A stretch of DNA of 55,357 bases from a virus (IMGVR_UViG_3300010401_000009:1-55357), one strand, 5' to 3'. Positions 17,622 through 27,253 are shown, counted from the first letter of the stretch. Notes: generated by a model from the letters alone, not told the origin. A program made the numbers and translations.

Positions 17622-19690
17622 GAGACTCCTGGGGGCAGTGGTGCGGGTAGCGGCATGCCGGCGGCTGCCTGCGAAGTCATCCCGCCGAGCGGGTCGGGGA
17701 AGCCGGATGGCCCGGGCGGTCCTGGAGGCCCGGCGGCGCCGGCAGGCGGCATGACACCAGGGTTGCCGGGCTGCCCTTGGATCGCTGGTCCGACGGGTTC
17801 CGGCATCGGCGGGGGCGCCAGCTGCTTCTCGAGCCCATCGAGCATTTGCAGGAACCAGCGGTAGCGGCCGAGGTAGACGTCCTTCGCCCCCTCGGCAAAC
17901 GCGTTGCTGTACTCGCCGATGATGATCTCCTTGGCGAGCCCCGGCGGCGTGAGCATGAACGGCGTGGGCACGCAGTCCTCGAGCGGAACCGTCAGGTCGC
18001 CGAGCATCTCCGCCAGCTTCTGGAGCGCGCGGATCGGTCCGAGCATGTGTCGGTTGGCCGCGGCGATGTCTGGCTCGTCGAACAGGCTGGCGATCAATAG
18101 CGGGTTCGAGAACAGCCCGGGGATCTTCATCATGTCCCCGACCGTGTCGAGCTTGCCGGCGCGCGCCTCGGGCAGGAAGTTGATCGGCTCGATGTTGAGG
18201 TGGAATCCGCCGCCGTCGAAGTCGAACTTGTCCCAGTCGATCTCACGGATCCACGGCGCGAGTTCGGCCTTCGACTTCTTGTCGTCGGCCTCGGTCATGA
18301 GCAGCTTGGCCTCATCGATCATCGCCGTCCCGCAATCCACCCGGCTCATCGAGTACTGGAGATCGAGGTACGAGAACCGGTCGCTCTGCAGATCGTCCAT
18401 CGTGTCGAGCGCCTTGCCCGACGCGTTGGGCCCCAACGTGCTCTTGCTCGAGGCCGCGAGCTGGCTGATTCCGGCGATCTCGTACATCTCCTGGATGAGC
18501 CACCGGAGCGTCTGGATCGCCTGATCGCTCGCGGGATTCGGAGCGAAGTACTTCGGGTCTGCGTCGTCGGTCTCGATGACCACGGGGTCACGCGCTCGCA
18601 GGTGCCCCTTGTTGATGTTCGAGCCCCGGCGCGCGAAAATCTTCAGGCCGGAGCCCCAGTAGATCGCGGTCTGGATGTCGCTCCACAGCTCGTTGACCTT
18701 GTTCTGCGACCCGGCGAGCTGCTGCACGAGGCCGATACCCAGGAATCCGCGGAGCGCCGGCGTCCATGTCACCCGCGCAAGAGGGAAGCGCGGCCGATGC
18801 CACCCGCTCTCCTTGAGCGGCGGGCCCTGGTCGCGGATGCCGATGAGGTGCTTGCCGTCGTCGGCGCCAGGGAAGCTCGGTAACCGCCAGGCCTTGATGA
18901 CCTCGATCTGGTCCTTATCGATCGGCGCGTCGTAGTCGTACGGCGCCCAGATGTCGCGCGTCGCCGGCGCGGCCTTCATGATGCGCGCGCGCGCCTCCGG
19001 GAACTTCGCCGCAAGCACGTCGCGGTCGAGCAGCTTCACGCGCGCCAGTGTCCACGGCCAATCGTTGTGCCGCGGCTCACCGTCGTCGAACACGAGCTCG
19101 CTCCGCGGGAAGCGCTCTGGGATGACGTCGCCGCCGATGCGCAGGATCTCAGCGAACCCGTCGCCGCGCACCACCGCGTCGCGGAGCTGGAGCGGCATCG
19201 TGCGCTCTATGTTCGGCGACCCCATCTTTCGCCGAATCACCCGGCTCGCGCGCCGCGCGTATAGCTTCTCGCTGTACTCGGCGTCGTCGGCCGAGATGAT
19301 CGGCATCGAGCGGTGCTTGCCGATCCTCGACACCACCGTATCGATCATCGACTGGATCAGATTGAGGTAGCTCGAGGCCTTCGACTGCGCGCGCAGGAAG
19401 TCCATCGCGGCGGTACCCAGCCGGCGCCCGACCGGCCGGCCCTCGTAGATCGCCTCGTGGATGAGGTCCATCGCGTGGTAGCCGCGGAGGTACGCGCGGC
19501 GCACGTCTGACCACTGCCAGAGCGCGTCGAGCGCTTCCTCTCCGGACAGCCGCCACCAGCCGCGCCCGTCGCCGGCGGCGTCCTTGGGGCCGTCGTCGTA
19601 CTGTCGTCCGACCCGCTGGTCGGCGACGTCCTTGCGCTTACGGCGCGTCGGTGGTGCGCGGGTGCTGGTGCGCTTGGGTGGTTTGTTCGT
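17618..19690 (-). CDS. Portal protein (open frame extends to ACG at 19690; first canonical start GTG 19504)
   Basis: NLIQSMIDT, RDAVVRGDG, MYEIAGISQLAA and Pro-rich tail; lies between TerL and scaffold. Confidence 0.8.
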   Translation of the reverse strand, partial: TNKPPKRTSTRAPPTRRKRKDVADQRVGRQYDDGPKDAAGDGRGWWRLSGEEALDALWQWSDVRRAYLRGYHAMDLIHEAIYEGRPVGRRLGTAAMDFLRAQSKASSYLNLIQSMIDTVVSRIGKHRSMPIISADDAEYSEKLYARRASRVIRRKMGSPNIERTMPLQLRDAVVRGDGFAEILRIGGDVIPERFPRSELVFDDGEPRHNDWPWTLARVKLLDRDVLAAKFPEARARIMKAAPATRDIWAPYDYDAPIDKDQIEVIKAWRLPSFPGADDGKHLIGIRDQGPPLKESGWHRPRFPLARVTWTPALRGFLGIGLVQQLAGSQNKVNELWSDIQTAIYWGSGLKIFARRGSNINKGHLRARDPVVIETDDADPKYFAPNPASDQAIQTLRWLIQEMYEIAGISQLAASSKSTLGPNASGKALDTMDDLQSDRFSYLDLQYSMSRVDCGTAMIDEAKLLMTEADDKKSKAELAPWIREIDWDKFDFDGGGFHLNIEPINFLPEARAGKLDTVGDMMKIPGLFSNPLLIASLFDEPDIAAANRHMLGPIRALQKLAEMLGDLTVPLEDCVPTPFMLTPPGLAKEIIIGEYSNAFAEGAKDVYLGRYRWFLQMLDGLEKQLAPPPMPEPVGPAIQGQPGNPGVMPPAGAAGPPGPPGPSGFPDPLGGMTSQAAAGMPLPAPLPPGVS

Positions 19691-19814
19691 CGATCTCGAT
19701 CGTGCCGTCGCTCCACACGCGCCCGACCTGATTGCCCTCGATCATCACCTTGTGCGTGACGCGCGGAAGGTTAACCCAGTAGCGCACCTTGGCCTCGTAG
19801 CAGTCGTTGCTCAC
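19638..19814 (-). CDS. Small hypothetical protein (58 aa)
   Basis: GTGA-coupled start with GGAG RBS (MSNDCYEAKVRYW...). Confidence 0.5.
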   Translation of the reverse strand: MSNDCYEAKVRYWVNLPRVTHKVMIEGNQVGRVWSDGTIEIDEQTTQAHQHPRTTDAP

Positions 19815-20269
19815 GCTGCTCCCTCCGCGCCGTGCTCGATCTTGACGCCGTGCTTCCGGAGCCACGGCTCGACCTCGGCCCACACGGTTTCCTCTCCCTT
19901 CGCCATCGCCGCCTGCCCCTTCGTGAGGTCGACGTGCGGCGTGATCAGGCGGATGACGCGGTCGACCGGCGGAGGTTGACCGGGGTGAGCCTCGCGCCAC
20001 TTCCGCAACGCGCGGGACATCGCGACGCCCTCGATGATCCAGGGGCCGGGCTCGTCCAGCCACATGCTCGCGATCCGCGACGCCTCGGACCATGCCTCCT
20101 TGCCGAGGTGCTTGCACTGCTCGATGAGGTCGTCGGTGTGGCGGATCGCGCCGCACGAGCACGCCTCGTCGAACGCGGAATCGCAGCTCACGTGCAGCGG
20201 CGCCGCGAGGTTGCCGGCCAGCGTCGTCTTGCCGGTCCGCGGTCCGCCGGTGATGCAGATGCGTGTCAC
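19811..20269 (-). CDS. P-loop nucleotide-kinase-like protein
   Basis: ICITGGPRTGKTT Walker A, HTDD and WIIEG motifs. Confidence 0.8.
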   Translation of the reverse strand: MTRICITGGPRTGKTTLAGNLAAPLHVSCDSAFDEACSCGAIRHTDDLIEQCKHLGKEAWSEASRIASMWLDEPGPWIIEGVAMSRALRKWREAHPGQPPPVDRVIRLITPHVDLTKGQAAMAKGEETVWAEVEPWLRKHGVKIEHGAEGAA

Positions 20270-20271
20270 GG

Positions 20272-20628
20272 TCAGCTCCATACCAGCACGACGCCGACAA
20301 CCTGCGCCGATGCGTTGAGGATGAAGCTCGCCTGCGTGGGGTCGAGCGATATCGAGTCGGGGTCGGTCGGGTGCAGCTTCACTCCGGTGTCCCCGCCGGC
20401 CCCCTTGATCTTGATCGTCGCGGTGTTCGCCGCCGGCTTGATGATAGTCACCGCGGTGGGGATGGTTCCTCCGGTCGGAACCGCGATCGTGTTGTCGCCG
20501 ATCGCCAGGCTGATCGGTGGGGCGGTCGCCGCCGGGCTATTCACGTTCGCCGCGGCTGACGCCGACGGGTTGCTCACGCGATCACCCGAGAACCCCAACG
20601 TGATCGCGCGGGTTGATGTCGCGCTCAC
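20272..20628 (-). CDS. Beta-rich hypothetical protein, possibly virion-associated
   Basis: GAGGAG RBS, GTG 20628, 118 aa. Confidence 0.6.
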   Translation of the reverse strand: MSATSTRAITLGFSGDRVSNPSASAAANVNSPAATAPPISLAIGDNTIAVPTGGTIPTAVTIIKPAANTATIKIKGAGGDTGVKLHPTDPDSISLDPTQASFILNASAQVVGVVLVWS

Positions 20629-20780
20629 CAGTACATCTCCTCGATGAGGTCGCCGTACTCCGTGCGCAGTCGGCGCCACCGCGGCGCTGTCATGATCATC
20701 CCGCCGTTGTCAGGCGTGCCGCTGTTCGGCGTGCGGTACGCGTCGAACAGGAACGCGGCCACGAGCATGCAGCGGATCAC
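20625..20780 (-). CDS. Small hypothetical protein (51 aa)
   Basis: GTGA overlaps at both ends; MIRCMLVAAFLFDAYRTP...EEMYW. Confidence 0.5.
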   Translation of the reverse strand: MIRCMLVAAFLFDAYRTPNSGTPDNGGMIMTAPRWRRLRTEYGDLIEEMYW

Positions 20781-20968
20781 TCGAACATCCTACCCGCGAG
20801 CGCTTCGCTGATGTGATGGTCGATCGCTTTGTTCTCATCCGGAGTCGCGTGCTTCCTACATGGCAGGCCGCTGTGCGGGAAAATCATCGCGCAGTCTCCG
20901 CAGAACACGGTCAAGCTCCCGATCTTCTCTTCGCTCCGCGCGCGGACCTCGTCCCACGTCAGCATCAC
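20777..20968 (-). CDS. Small Zn-finger-like protein
   Basis: CGDC...CRKH motif; coupled start. Confidence 0.55.
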   Translation of the reverse strand: MMLTWDEVRARSEEKIGSLTVFCGDCAMIFPHSGLPCRKHATPDENKAIDHHISEALAGRMFE

Positions 20969-21285
20969 CCACCTCGCCCGATCGCAGGCTGCAGCTCGGT
21001 GCCCGGCACCTTCTCGCCTGCTACCCGCCGGTAGAGCTCGCCGCCGAAGGCCTCCATGATGCCGCCGTCCGGGCGCTCGTCGTCGCGATCGCTGCCCGGT
21101 GTCGGGCGGTGCAGCTTGATCGATGCGCATCCCACGCTCAGCTCGTCGACCTCGAAGCCTCCATCGCGCAGCCGCTCGAGCGCCGCCACCAGCGCTGCCG
21201 CATCACCGGTAAGCGCCGTACCCGCTGTACGGGTCGCCTTGTTCGTCTTGTGGCTCACAGATTGCGCTCTCAAGTTCTCGCTCAT
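20965..21285 (-). CDS. Hypothetical protein (start uncertain; overlaps the TerL 3' end)
   Basis: Open frame filling the gap between TerL and the next coupled gene. Confidence 0.5.
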   Translation of the reverse strand: MSENLRAQSVSHKTNKATRTAGTALTGDAAALVAALERLRDGGFEVDELSVGCASIKLHRPTPGSDRDDERPDGGIMEAFGGELYRRVAGEKVPGTELQPAIGRGG

Positions 21286-23068
21286 CCCTTATAACCGCTT
21301 CTGGACTTCCTGGCACGATTTTTGGCTCTTCTGGTCGGTACCGGTGGTGAAACGACTCGCGGTGCGCGTACAGGCCGCCGTCGCTCGCGTCGTGCGGTGT
21401 CCCGTCCTCGACCTCTCGGCCGTCCTCGGTGCGTAGCGGCTTCCACCGGTGCGCCTTCCACTCGACCATGAGCACAGAGTCCTTGCGCAGCTTCAGCAAA
21501 CCCTTGCGAATGTCAGTATTTAGCTGGTTCTGTGCGATCCTCTTGTTCTGCTTAGTCGCCTCGATGATCGGCAAATGGTACCGGTCCACCCACCGTTTGG
21601 ACCACCCCATCACGGCCGGCTTGCCGCCGCCGCCGGCGTCCGCCGCCCAGAGCGAGATGCCGACCTGTGCGCGCACCGCATGGAGGTGGCCGGCCATCTC
21701 GTCGTAGTCGAGCCCTGACCGCTTCCAGCTCGCGAGCTCGTACAGGATCGGGTCCTTGAGCGACCACGCCCAGATCACGAACGCGAACGCCGCGCGCGTC
21801 CCGAGGTCGGCGCCGAGCGCGAGGAAGTACTCGCGGCCACCGCGGCGCTCCGGGAGGTCGAGCATCGCAGCGCGCAGGTCGGGGAACCCGTCGGCGGCCA
21901 GGCGGACCGGCGCGTAGACGATCTCGTGCTCGGGCACCTTGTGGAGCTCGTAGACGTAGCGAGCCCCCTCCTTGACCCAGCGCGCCTTCCACTCGCGCAG
22001 CACGTCGGGGTCGTCGTCGTCGAGCCCGTTCTTGCGGATCGCCGACGCCGCCGCGCGCTCCCACCGGACCGCGATCGCCGCCGTGTCCGCGTCGGCCTCG
22101 GTAGCGAACGGGCCCCAGCGGTGCGCTCCCTCGGTGATTTCGGCCGCCGACCACGCGTGCGTCGAGCGCTCGGTACCCGGCTGGTCATAGAGATTGTCCT
22201 CGACGTACCACCGCCCGCCCTCCCACACGACGCGCCCAAAGAACGGGTTGTCCGTGACGGTGAGCTCGTGGACCTCCCACCCCTTAGAGCGCTCCGATTC
22301 GTCGTCGCGCGTGACCTCGTAGAACATCCCGACCAGGTCTCGGCTCGGCGTGCCCGTGAGCCAGCACTCGGCTCCGAAGTCCGACATCCCGGCCATGATG
22401 ACCGCGCGGTAGAGCCGCTCCAGCCACCGGAAATCCTGCGCCTCATCCACCCAGTAGACGTGCTTCGCGAGGCCTCGAAGATCCATGATCTTACCCTCGT
22501 CGTCGGCTCCGAACAGCTCGATCTTGGAGCCGTTGCTGAACCTGAGCTCGAGGTCGGCATCCCGCACCTCGACGGTCACCCCGCCCAGGTCGAACTTCGG
22601 CACACCACGCTGCTCGAGCCGGGTTCCGTATCGCTCGATGACGTCGACGAGCCCGCTCTGCGTGTCGTTGCGCCAGCAGCGCGCCCTCGCGTTCACGCGC
22701 GTGTCGGTGATGTACACGGCGCGGAACCGCGGGTGCTCCACCGCGCGCGCGATCAGCTCGCGGCAGCCGCCGGCCGTGGCCCCTGAGCGCCGAGTCTTCT
22801 TGGTGGCCCGCTGCTTCGCCGGCGATCGAAAGAACCCGCGCTGCTTCGGGTGGTAGAACCCGCGCAGCGTGTCGACGAGCTCCTGGATGCGCTTGCCGAC
22901 GGCCTCGCCCGGGTCAGCCGCCGGCTCGGCGCGCGCGGCATCTGCCTCCGCTGCCGCAGTTGCCGCGGCGCGCAGCCGGTCGAGCTCATCCTGTTCTGCG
23001 CGGAGCTTCGCCGCCTGCTCGAGCCGCCGCTCGCGCGCCTGGCGCAAGAGCTCGAGGTCGGCATCCAC
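21203..23068 (-). CDS. terL: Terminase large subunit
   Basis: HPKQ Q-motif, KKTRRSGAT Walker A variant, YWVDEAQ Walker B, LTGTP coupling motif, LGADLG and HDASD nuclease motifs. Confidence 0.92.
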   Translation of the reverse strand: MDADLELLRQARERRLEQAAKLRAEQDELDRLRAAATAAAEADAARAEPAADPGEAVGKRIQELVDTLRGFYHPKQRGFFRSPAKQRATKKTRRSGATAGGCRELIARAVEHPRFRAVYITDTRVNARARCWRNDTQSGLVDVIERYGTRLEQRGVPKFDLGGVTVEVRDADLELRFSNGSKIELFGADDEGKIMDLRGLAKHVYWVDEAQDFRWLERLYRAVIMAGMSDFGAECWLTGTPSRDLVGMFYEVTRDDESERSKGWEVHELTVTDNPFFGRVVWEGGRWYVEDNLYDQPGTERSTHAWSAAEITEGAHRWGPFATEADADTAAIAVRWERAAASAIRKNGLDDDDPDVLREWKARWVKEGARYVYELHKVPEHEIVYAPVRLAADGFPDLRAAMLDLPERRGGREYFLALGADLGTRAAFAFVIWAWSLKDPILYELASWKRSGLDYDEMAGHLHAVRAQVGISLWAADAGGGGKPAVMGWSKRWVDRYHLPIIEATKQNKRIAQNQLNTDIRKGLLKLRKDSVLMVEWKAHRWKPLRTEDGREVEDGTPHDASDGGLYAHRESFHHRYRPEEPKIVPGSPEAVIRDERELESAICEPQDEQGDPYSGYGAYR

Positions 23069-23071
23069 GCG

Positions 23072-23335
23072 TCAGTTCTCCGCGAGCGCGCCTTCGTCGA
23101 CGTCGTGCACTTCGACCTTCATGCCCATGCGCTCGAGCTTGAGCTTGGCGCTGTCGCCGATCATGTAGAGCTTGAGCAAGCACGCGTTGCAGTCGGCGAG
23201 CTGGATGCGCTCCACCGCCTGCGCCCAGTCCCGCGCCAGCATGATCGCGTCGCCCGGCGGGACGTCACCAGCGCGCAGGCCGCAGAACGTAACCACGTTG
23301 GGCAGGAACTCGACGTGCGTCGTCATGGAGGTCAA
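23072..23335 (-). CDS. Hypothetical protein
   Basis: 87-aa coupled ORF with C...CNAC motif. Confidence 0.55.
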   Translation of the reverse strand: MTSMTTHVEFLPNVVTFCGLRAGDVPPGDAIMLARDWAQAVERIQLADCNACLLKLYMIGDSAKLKLERMGMKVEVHDVDEGALAEN

Positions 23336-23553
23336 TACGTTCGCTTGCCGCCGCGTGGCCTCGGATCGATGGGCATCGCGCGAGCTGCCTTCTTCAACGC
23401 ATCGTGGTGCGCCACGTGATCGAACGTGCGGCCCTTGTCGTCCTTGACGAACTCCTTGGCCACACTCTCCGGGACGCCCGTACGCTGGGCCTCGGCCGGG
23501 TTGCGCGCGACCATCTCCATCAAGTTGTGCTGCTTCTTGCTGGTGCTCGGCAT
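23332..23553 (-). CDS. Conserved small phage protein (MPSxSxxQH...A.NP..A...G+P.SV.KEF type)
   Basis: Recognisable pattern common near phage head genes; GAGGAG RBS. Confidence 0.7.
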   Translation of the reverse strand: MPSTSKKQHNLMEMVARNPAEAQRTGVPESVAKEFVKDDKGRTFDHVAHHDALKKAARAMPIDPRPRGGKRTY

Positions 23554-23562
23554 GTCAGCTCC

Positions 23563-24216
23563 TCAGGTCACCGAGTTTCCGTCCTTGTCGATCGTCACGG
23601 ACTTGGCTCCGTTGATCGCGCAGCATGCGGTCGGGAACACGCGAGCATCGATCTTCCGGCAGTACAGCGGCCGGCCTACCGAATCGGGTCGCTTGGACGG
23701 GACGCCGAACGGACACCGCTTGCATCCCCATCCACCTACCGCCGACCGAGCGAAGGCAGCGAGACCGATCGACGACCATAGACCCCATGCCTCGGGGTCG
23801 CCGGCGCACTTGTTCTCGTAGTGGCGGCAGCTGTCGGCGTCCAGCTTGAGCCGGATCGGCGTGCGCCCATCCGACTGCACGACGCGCAGGCACTTGCCGC
23901 CCTCCTCCTTGTTGCAATCGCCGCAGACGTAGTCTCCGTCATCGTCGACAGTGCGCGGGTTTCCGGTGTACTTGTCGGCATAGTCGAGCTCGTTGGCGGC
24001 GGCCAGCCTCTGGTGGTTCTCGTACTTCTCGCGATCTGGGCTGAAGTCGTCGGGCTGGATGCACAGGCCATCTGGGCCCCGCGTCGGAGTCGTCACCGTG
24101 CGGACCAGCGGATGCTTGGTCCTGGCCTCATCCATCGACCGGAACGGTCCCCCGACGATATCGCCGGCGTCGCCCTTCACGAAGAACCGCCCCCCGCTCG
24201 ACTTCGTGTACTTCAT
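23563..24216 (-). CDS. Cys-rich protein with two CxxC...C...C repeats
   Basis: CGDCNKEEGGKC...SCRHY and GCKRCPF...YCRK...ACC; AGGAG RBS. Confidence 0.7.
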   Translation of the reverse strand: MKYTKSSGGRFFVKGDAGDIVGGPFRSMDEARTKHPLVRTVTTPTRGPDGLCIQPDDFSPDREKYENHQRLAAANELDYADKYTGNPRTVDDDGDYVCGDCNKEEGGKCLRVVQSDGRTPIRLKLDADSCRHYENKCAGDPEAWGLWSSIGLAAFARSAVGGWGCKRCPFGVPSKRPDSVGRPLYCRKIDARVFPTACCAINGAKSVTIDKDGNSVT

Positions 24217-26336
24217 GGCTCCTGCCCACCCGACGCGCCCGCGCAGAACGCCTGGAACGCGTCCCGCAGCGCGGTGTTGGTCGCGACAACCGCCTTGGTC
24301 GCCTCGTGCGCGGCCCGCGCGGCGTCCTGCAAGGCGCGGTAACGAGCGGCGTCTGGTCCGGTGAGCACGATGGCGTCATCCGGGATATGGCGTAGGTTAG
24401 GGATGCAGGAGAGGTGGATCCTCGCCTGCGTCTCCAGCCCAGGATCGCATGGCTTGCCGCAGCGCTGGCAAGCGGCCACCTCGACGCAGGATGCGACAGA
24501 TAGGCCGGCGACCGGTAGCGTGGTGCCGTTGCCATCTCGGTAAGCGGTCGGCGCGTCGCGAAGCTCGCGCACGCCTTCCTCGGCCGCGCGGTCGACTGCC
24601 TGCATGGCGATCTCCAGGCCGGTCGGATCCGCGCGCGCTGCCTCGATGTCAGCCATCGCCTCGGGCGTCCGGCGTGGACCGCCGCGCATCACTCGCGCCA
24701 TCTCTCGTTCCGGCGCTTGATCGAGCAACCCTGGCTTGTCGCCGACGATCGTCATCGCTTCGGGCCCCACGTCGTGCCCGGCAGCTGGCCCGGGATGCCC
24801 GTGCGCCCCTTGACCGGCTCGCGCGCCGCCGCGGCCTCTGGCGTCACCGCGGGCTGGGTGGCCGCGCCGGGGTCCGCGGAGCCCGGCATCTTGTGCGCGG
24901 CGTCGATCTGCTCCTGGGCCTCGGGAGTGCGCGTGGCGACCTTGCGGGTCGTGAAGTCGATCGCGGTGTCGCTCACTTCCCGCCCCCGTATCCTGGCAGC
25001 TTGCTCGGCGCCCCGGGGTGGCTCTCGGTCGGACGTTCGGCGTCAACGACCTGTTCGCTGTCACCGCGCCGGCGATCGGCGTCGGTTCCGCTCTGCCAGT
25101 TCGCTGGCATCGCGCGGGCGGTGGCAATCTGGGCTTCGCAGTCGGGCAGTCGCTTGGGCATCGTGTCCTCCTGGCGCAGCGTAGCGCGCCGCCTGGTCAG
25201 TCGTCGAGGTCAGTCGTCGAGGTCGTACATGTCGAGCACCACCCGCGTCCGCTCGCGCTCGGCTGCAGCCGCGACCTTGGCGCGGAGCTGCGCTGACCAG
25301 TGGGAGCTGACCGCTTCGCGCTGGGCTTGCGTGAAGCACCGACGAGCGGTCTGGCCGACCACGTTTTCCATGCGAGCGTGGTCGTCGAAGTATAGCAAGC
25401 TGCGCAGCTTACGATCGTCGTACTCGACGTCAAGCGGGTCGCTCGCGTCATCGGCCTTCGCCCAGTTCGCCCAGTCGATCTTCGCGGGTCTGTAGCGCGA
25501 GTGCGCGGCCTCTGCGAATCGATGTTCGTTCGGCTGTTGTCGGGTCGGCGACAGTTCGCCCGTCGCGGCCGAGATCTTGACCGGTCCGTGCTGCGTGTCG
25601 ACGTACAGCGCGCCGTCGCGCTCAAATAGCCGGAAGGCGGGCTCTCCTGCCGGCGGCAGCTGGGCATACGGCGAACGCACATTGATTGGTGTCGCGAGGT
25701 GATCGACCTGCTTCGCGATCGTCTTCTCCGCGACCTGAGCGATCAACGAGTCCGGGTGCCGGTCGGCCATCTTATCGCCGAGCGCGTAGGGACCTGGGAC
25801 GCGGCGTAGGTTAGAGCAGCTCGAGTACGAGATGTGATCGCCGGGCTTGTATTGGTGGCTACCGCGCTCCACACGGAGCGCCGCGCCGCGCGTTCCATCG
25901 CCGCAGTCGTACACGCGATCGATGGTCCCCTCGAACCATCGGGGATCTGCAGCATGCCAGCGCGGATCATGCTCATTGCCGCCGCGCACGTAGTCGCCGC
26001 GGCGCAGCGGAGCATTATCCGCCGTCACTTCTTTCCCGCTACTGGCTTGGTCTCCGGGGGCCTCCGCTGCACCTCAGCCAGGTTGGAGGCCGGGACCTCG
26101 ACGTCGATGTCGCCGTTCGCTCCGCCCATGCGGACCTCGAACACGATGGAGGTCCGCTGCTCGCCGAGATCGGGGTTACCAGGCCTCGGAGTGACCTTGC
26201 CGGCGACCTGGCTCGACGATGGGGCGCTCGCGATCCAGAAGTCCTCGGCTCGGTTGCCAAGCGTGACCGGGACGTGCATGCGCACGGCGATGATGGGGCG
26301 GTCGTTGCTCATGGGGTCGGTTATTCCTCTCGTCAT
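24213..26336 (-). other. Run of coupled hypothetical genes (24213-24755, 24752-24976, 24973-25161, 25210-26028, 26025-26336)
   Basis: Mostly 4-nt start/stop overlaps on the minus strand; no recognisable function. Confidence 0.6.
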
Positions 26337-26704
26337 GATGGTAGTTCGAGGTTGCCGCCATCGACGCTCACGATCGACGTCACCTTGTCGAGCCCGCGCA
26401 GGATGCCGGCCACGTGGCTCTCACGGATCAGCATCTGCTCCGACCCATCGTCGGTCGGGTAGATCAGCTGCTCGCCGCTCGAAGGCGCTCGGAAGAACAC
26501 CACGACGTCACCGGCCGCTACCAGCAGCGGAACCGTGGTCCCCGCGGTCGTGATGCGGCCCTGCCCGACCGCGATCACCTCGGCCTTGAGGTACGGCGTG
26601 TTGTCCGTCGCCATCTGCGGGACGTAGAGCCCGGACCGCGTGCGCTCCTCGGGGCGCAGCAGCCGGACAAGCATGCGGTCGTAGAGCGGCTCGATGGTGG
26701 GCAT
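26333..26704 (-). CDS. groES: Co-chaperonin GroES (Cpn10) homologue
   Basis: IEPLYDRMLVR, EERTRSGLYVP mobile loop, AEVIAVGQG, VAAGDVVVF, LIRESHVAGIL; TGATG coupling. Confidence 0.9.
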   Translation of the reverse strand: MPTIEPLYDRMLVRLLRPEERTRSGLYVPQMATDNTPYLKAEVIAVGQGRITTAGTTVPLLVAAGDVVVFFRAPSSGEQLIYPTDDGSEQMLIRESHVAGILRGLDKVTSIVSVDGGNLELPS

Positions 26705-27231
26705 CAGCGTGGCCTCGTCGGTGACAGGAACTGGTCCAGCGGGTAGTAGGTGCTCGCGCGGAAGTGCTCTCGCATCGCGGTGGAGCTCGGGCCGTCGCTC
26801 GTGCAGGTGACCAGCGACGTGCGCGCGATCCCGATGCGCGCGAAGATCGCGCGGACCAGGCCGCGGCAGCGCAGCTGCTCGCCGGCGTCGTCGTGGTCGC
26901 GGGTGTACGCGTAGTGGACGATCGGAAGTCCAGCGGCGTCGACGTAGACCACCCACGCGAGGATGTAATCCCGCGCCCCCCGGCCGTTGCCGGCCTGGAC
27001 GGACACGAGTGCCTTGGTGTCGGCGCGGTCGAGCACGGCGTCGATGCGACGGTTGTGCTCGGCGATCGCGTCGTGCCGGAGCTGTCCCTTCGAGCGCGGC
27101 GCTGTCTCCCGCTTGATCCCATGTCGGGCGATCGCGTGGCCGCCCTGGCGTATCGAAGCCATACTGCGGCTCCACGTGCGGGCGATGTAGCCCTGATCCT
27201 CGGGTAGCGGCGGGCGGATGATCGCGTTCAT
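26704..27231 (-). CDS. GNAT-family acetyltransferase-like protein
   Basis: IRPPLPEDQGYI N-terminus, ILAWVVY, IVHYAYTR...LRCRGLVRAIF acetyl-CoA-binding-like motif. Confidence 0.7.
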   Translation of the reverse strand: MNAIIRPPLPEDQGYIARTWSRSMASIRQGGHAIARHGIKRETAPRSKGQLRHDAIAEHNRRIDAVLDRADTKALVSVQAGNGRGARDYILAWVVYVDAAGLPIVHYAYTRDHDDAGEQLRCRGLVRAIFARIGIARTSLVTCTSDGPSSTAMREHFRASTYYPLDQFLSPTRPR

Positions 27232-27253
27232 GTAACGGGCGTTACATGAACGC
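27224..27253. promoter_or_regulatory. Perfect 14-bp-arm palindrome (GCGTTCATGTAACG-GG-CGTTACATGAACGC) covering the GNAT start codon
   Basis: Read directly; ATG 27231 lies in the 3' arm on the minus strand. Confidence 0.75.

Noticed and set aside
19811-20269. P-loop kinase beside the portal as a novel system
   Set aside because: Small kinases of this kind are common cargo in phage head operons, and no partner modification genes are adjacent.
22025-22237. Intein in TerL
   Set aside because: Too short, and lacks Cys/Ser-start and His-Asn-end splice motifs.
25195-25224. 13-bp tandem duplication GGTCAGTCGTCGA at a gene end
   Set aside because: Only two copies duplicating the stop region; looks like simple slippage with no sign of an att site or array.
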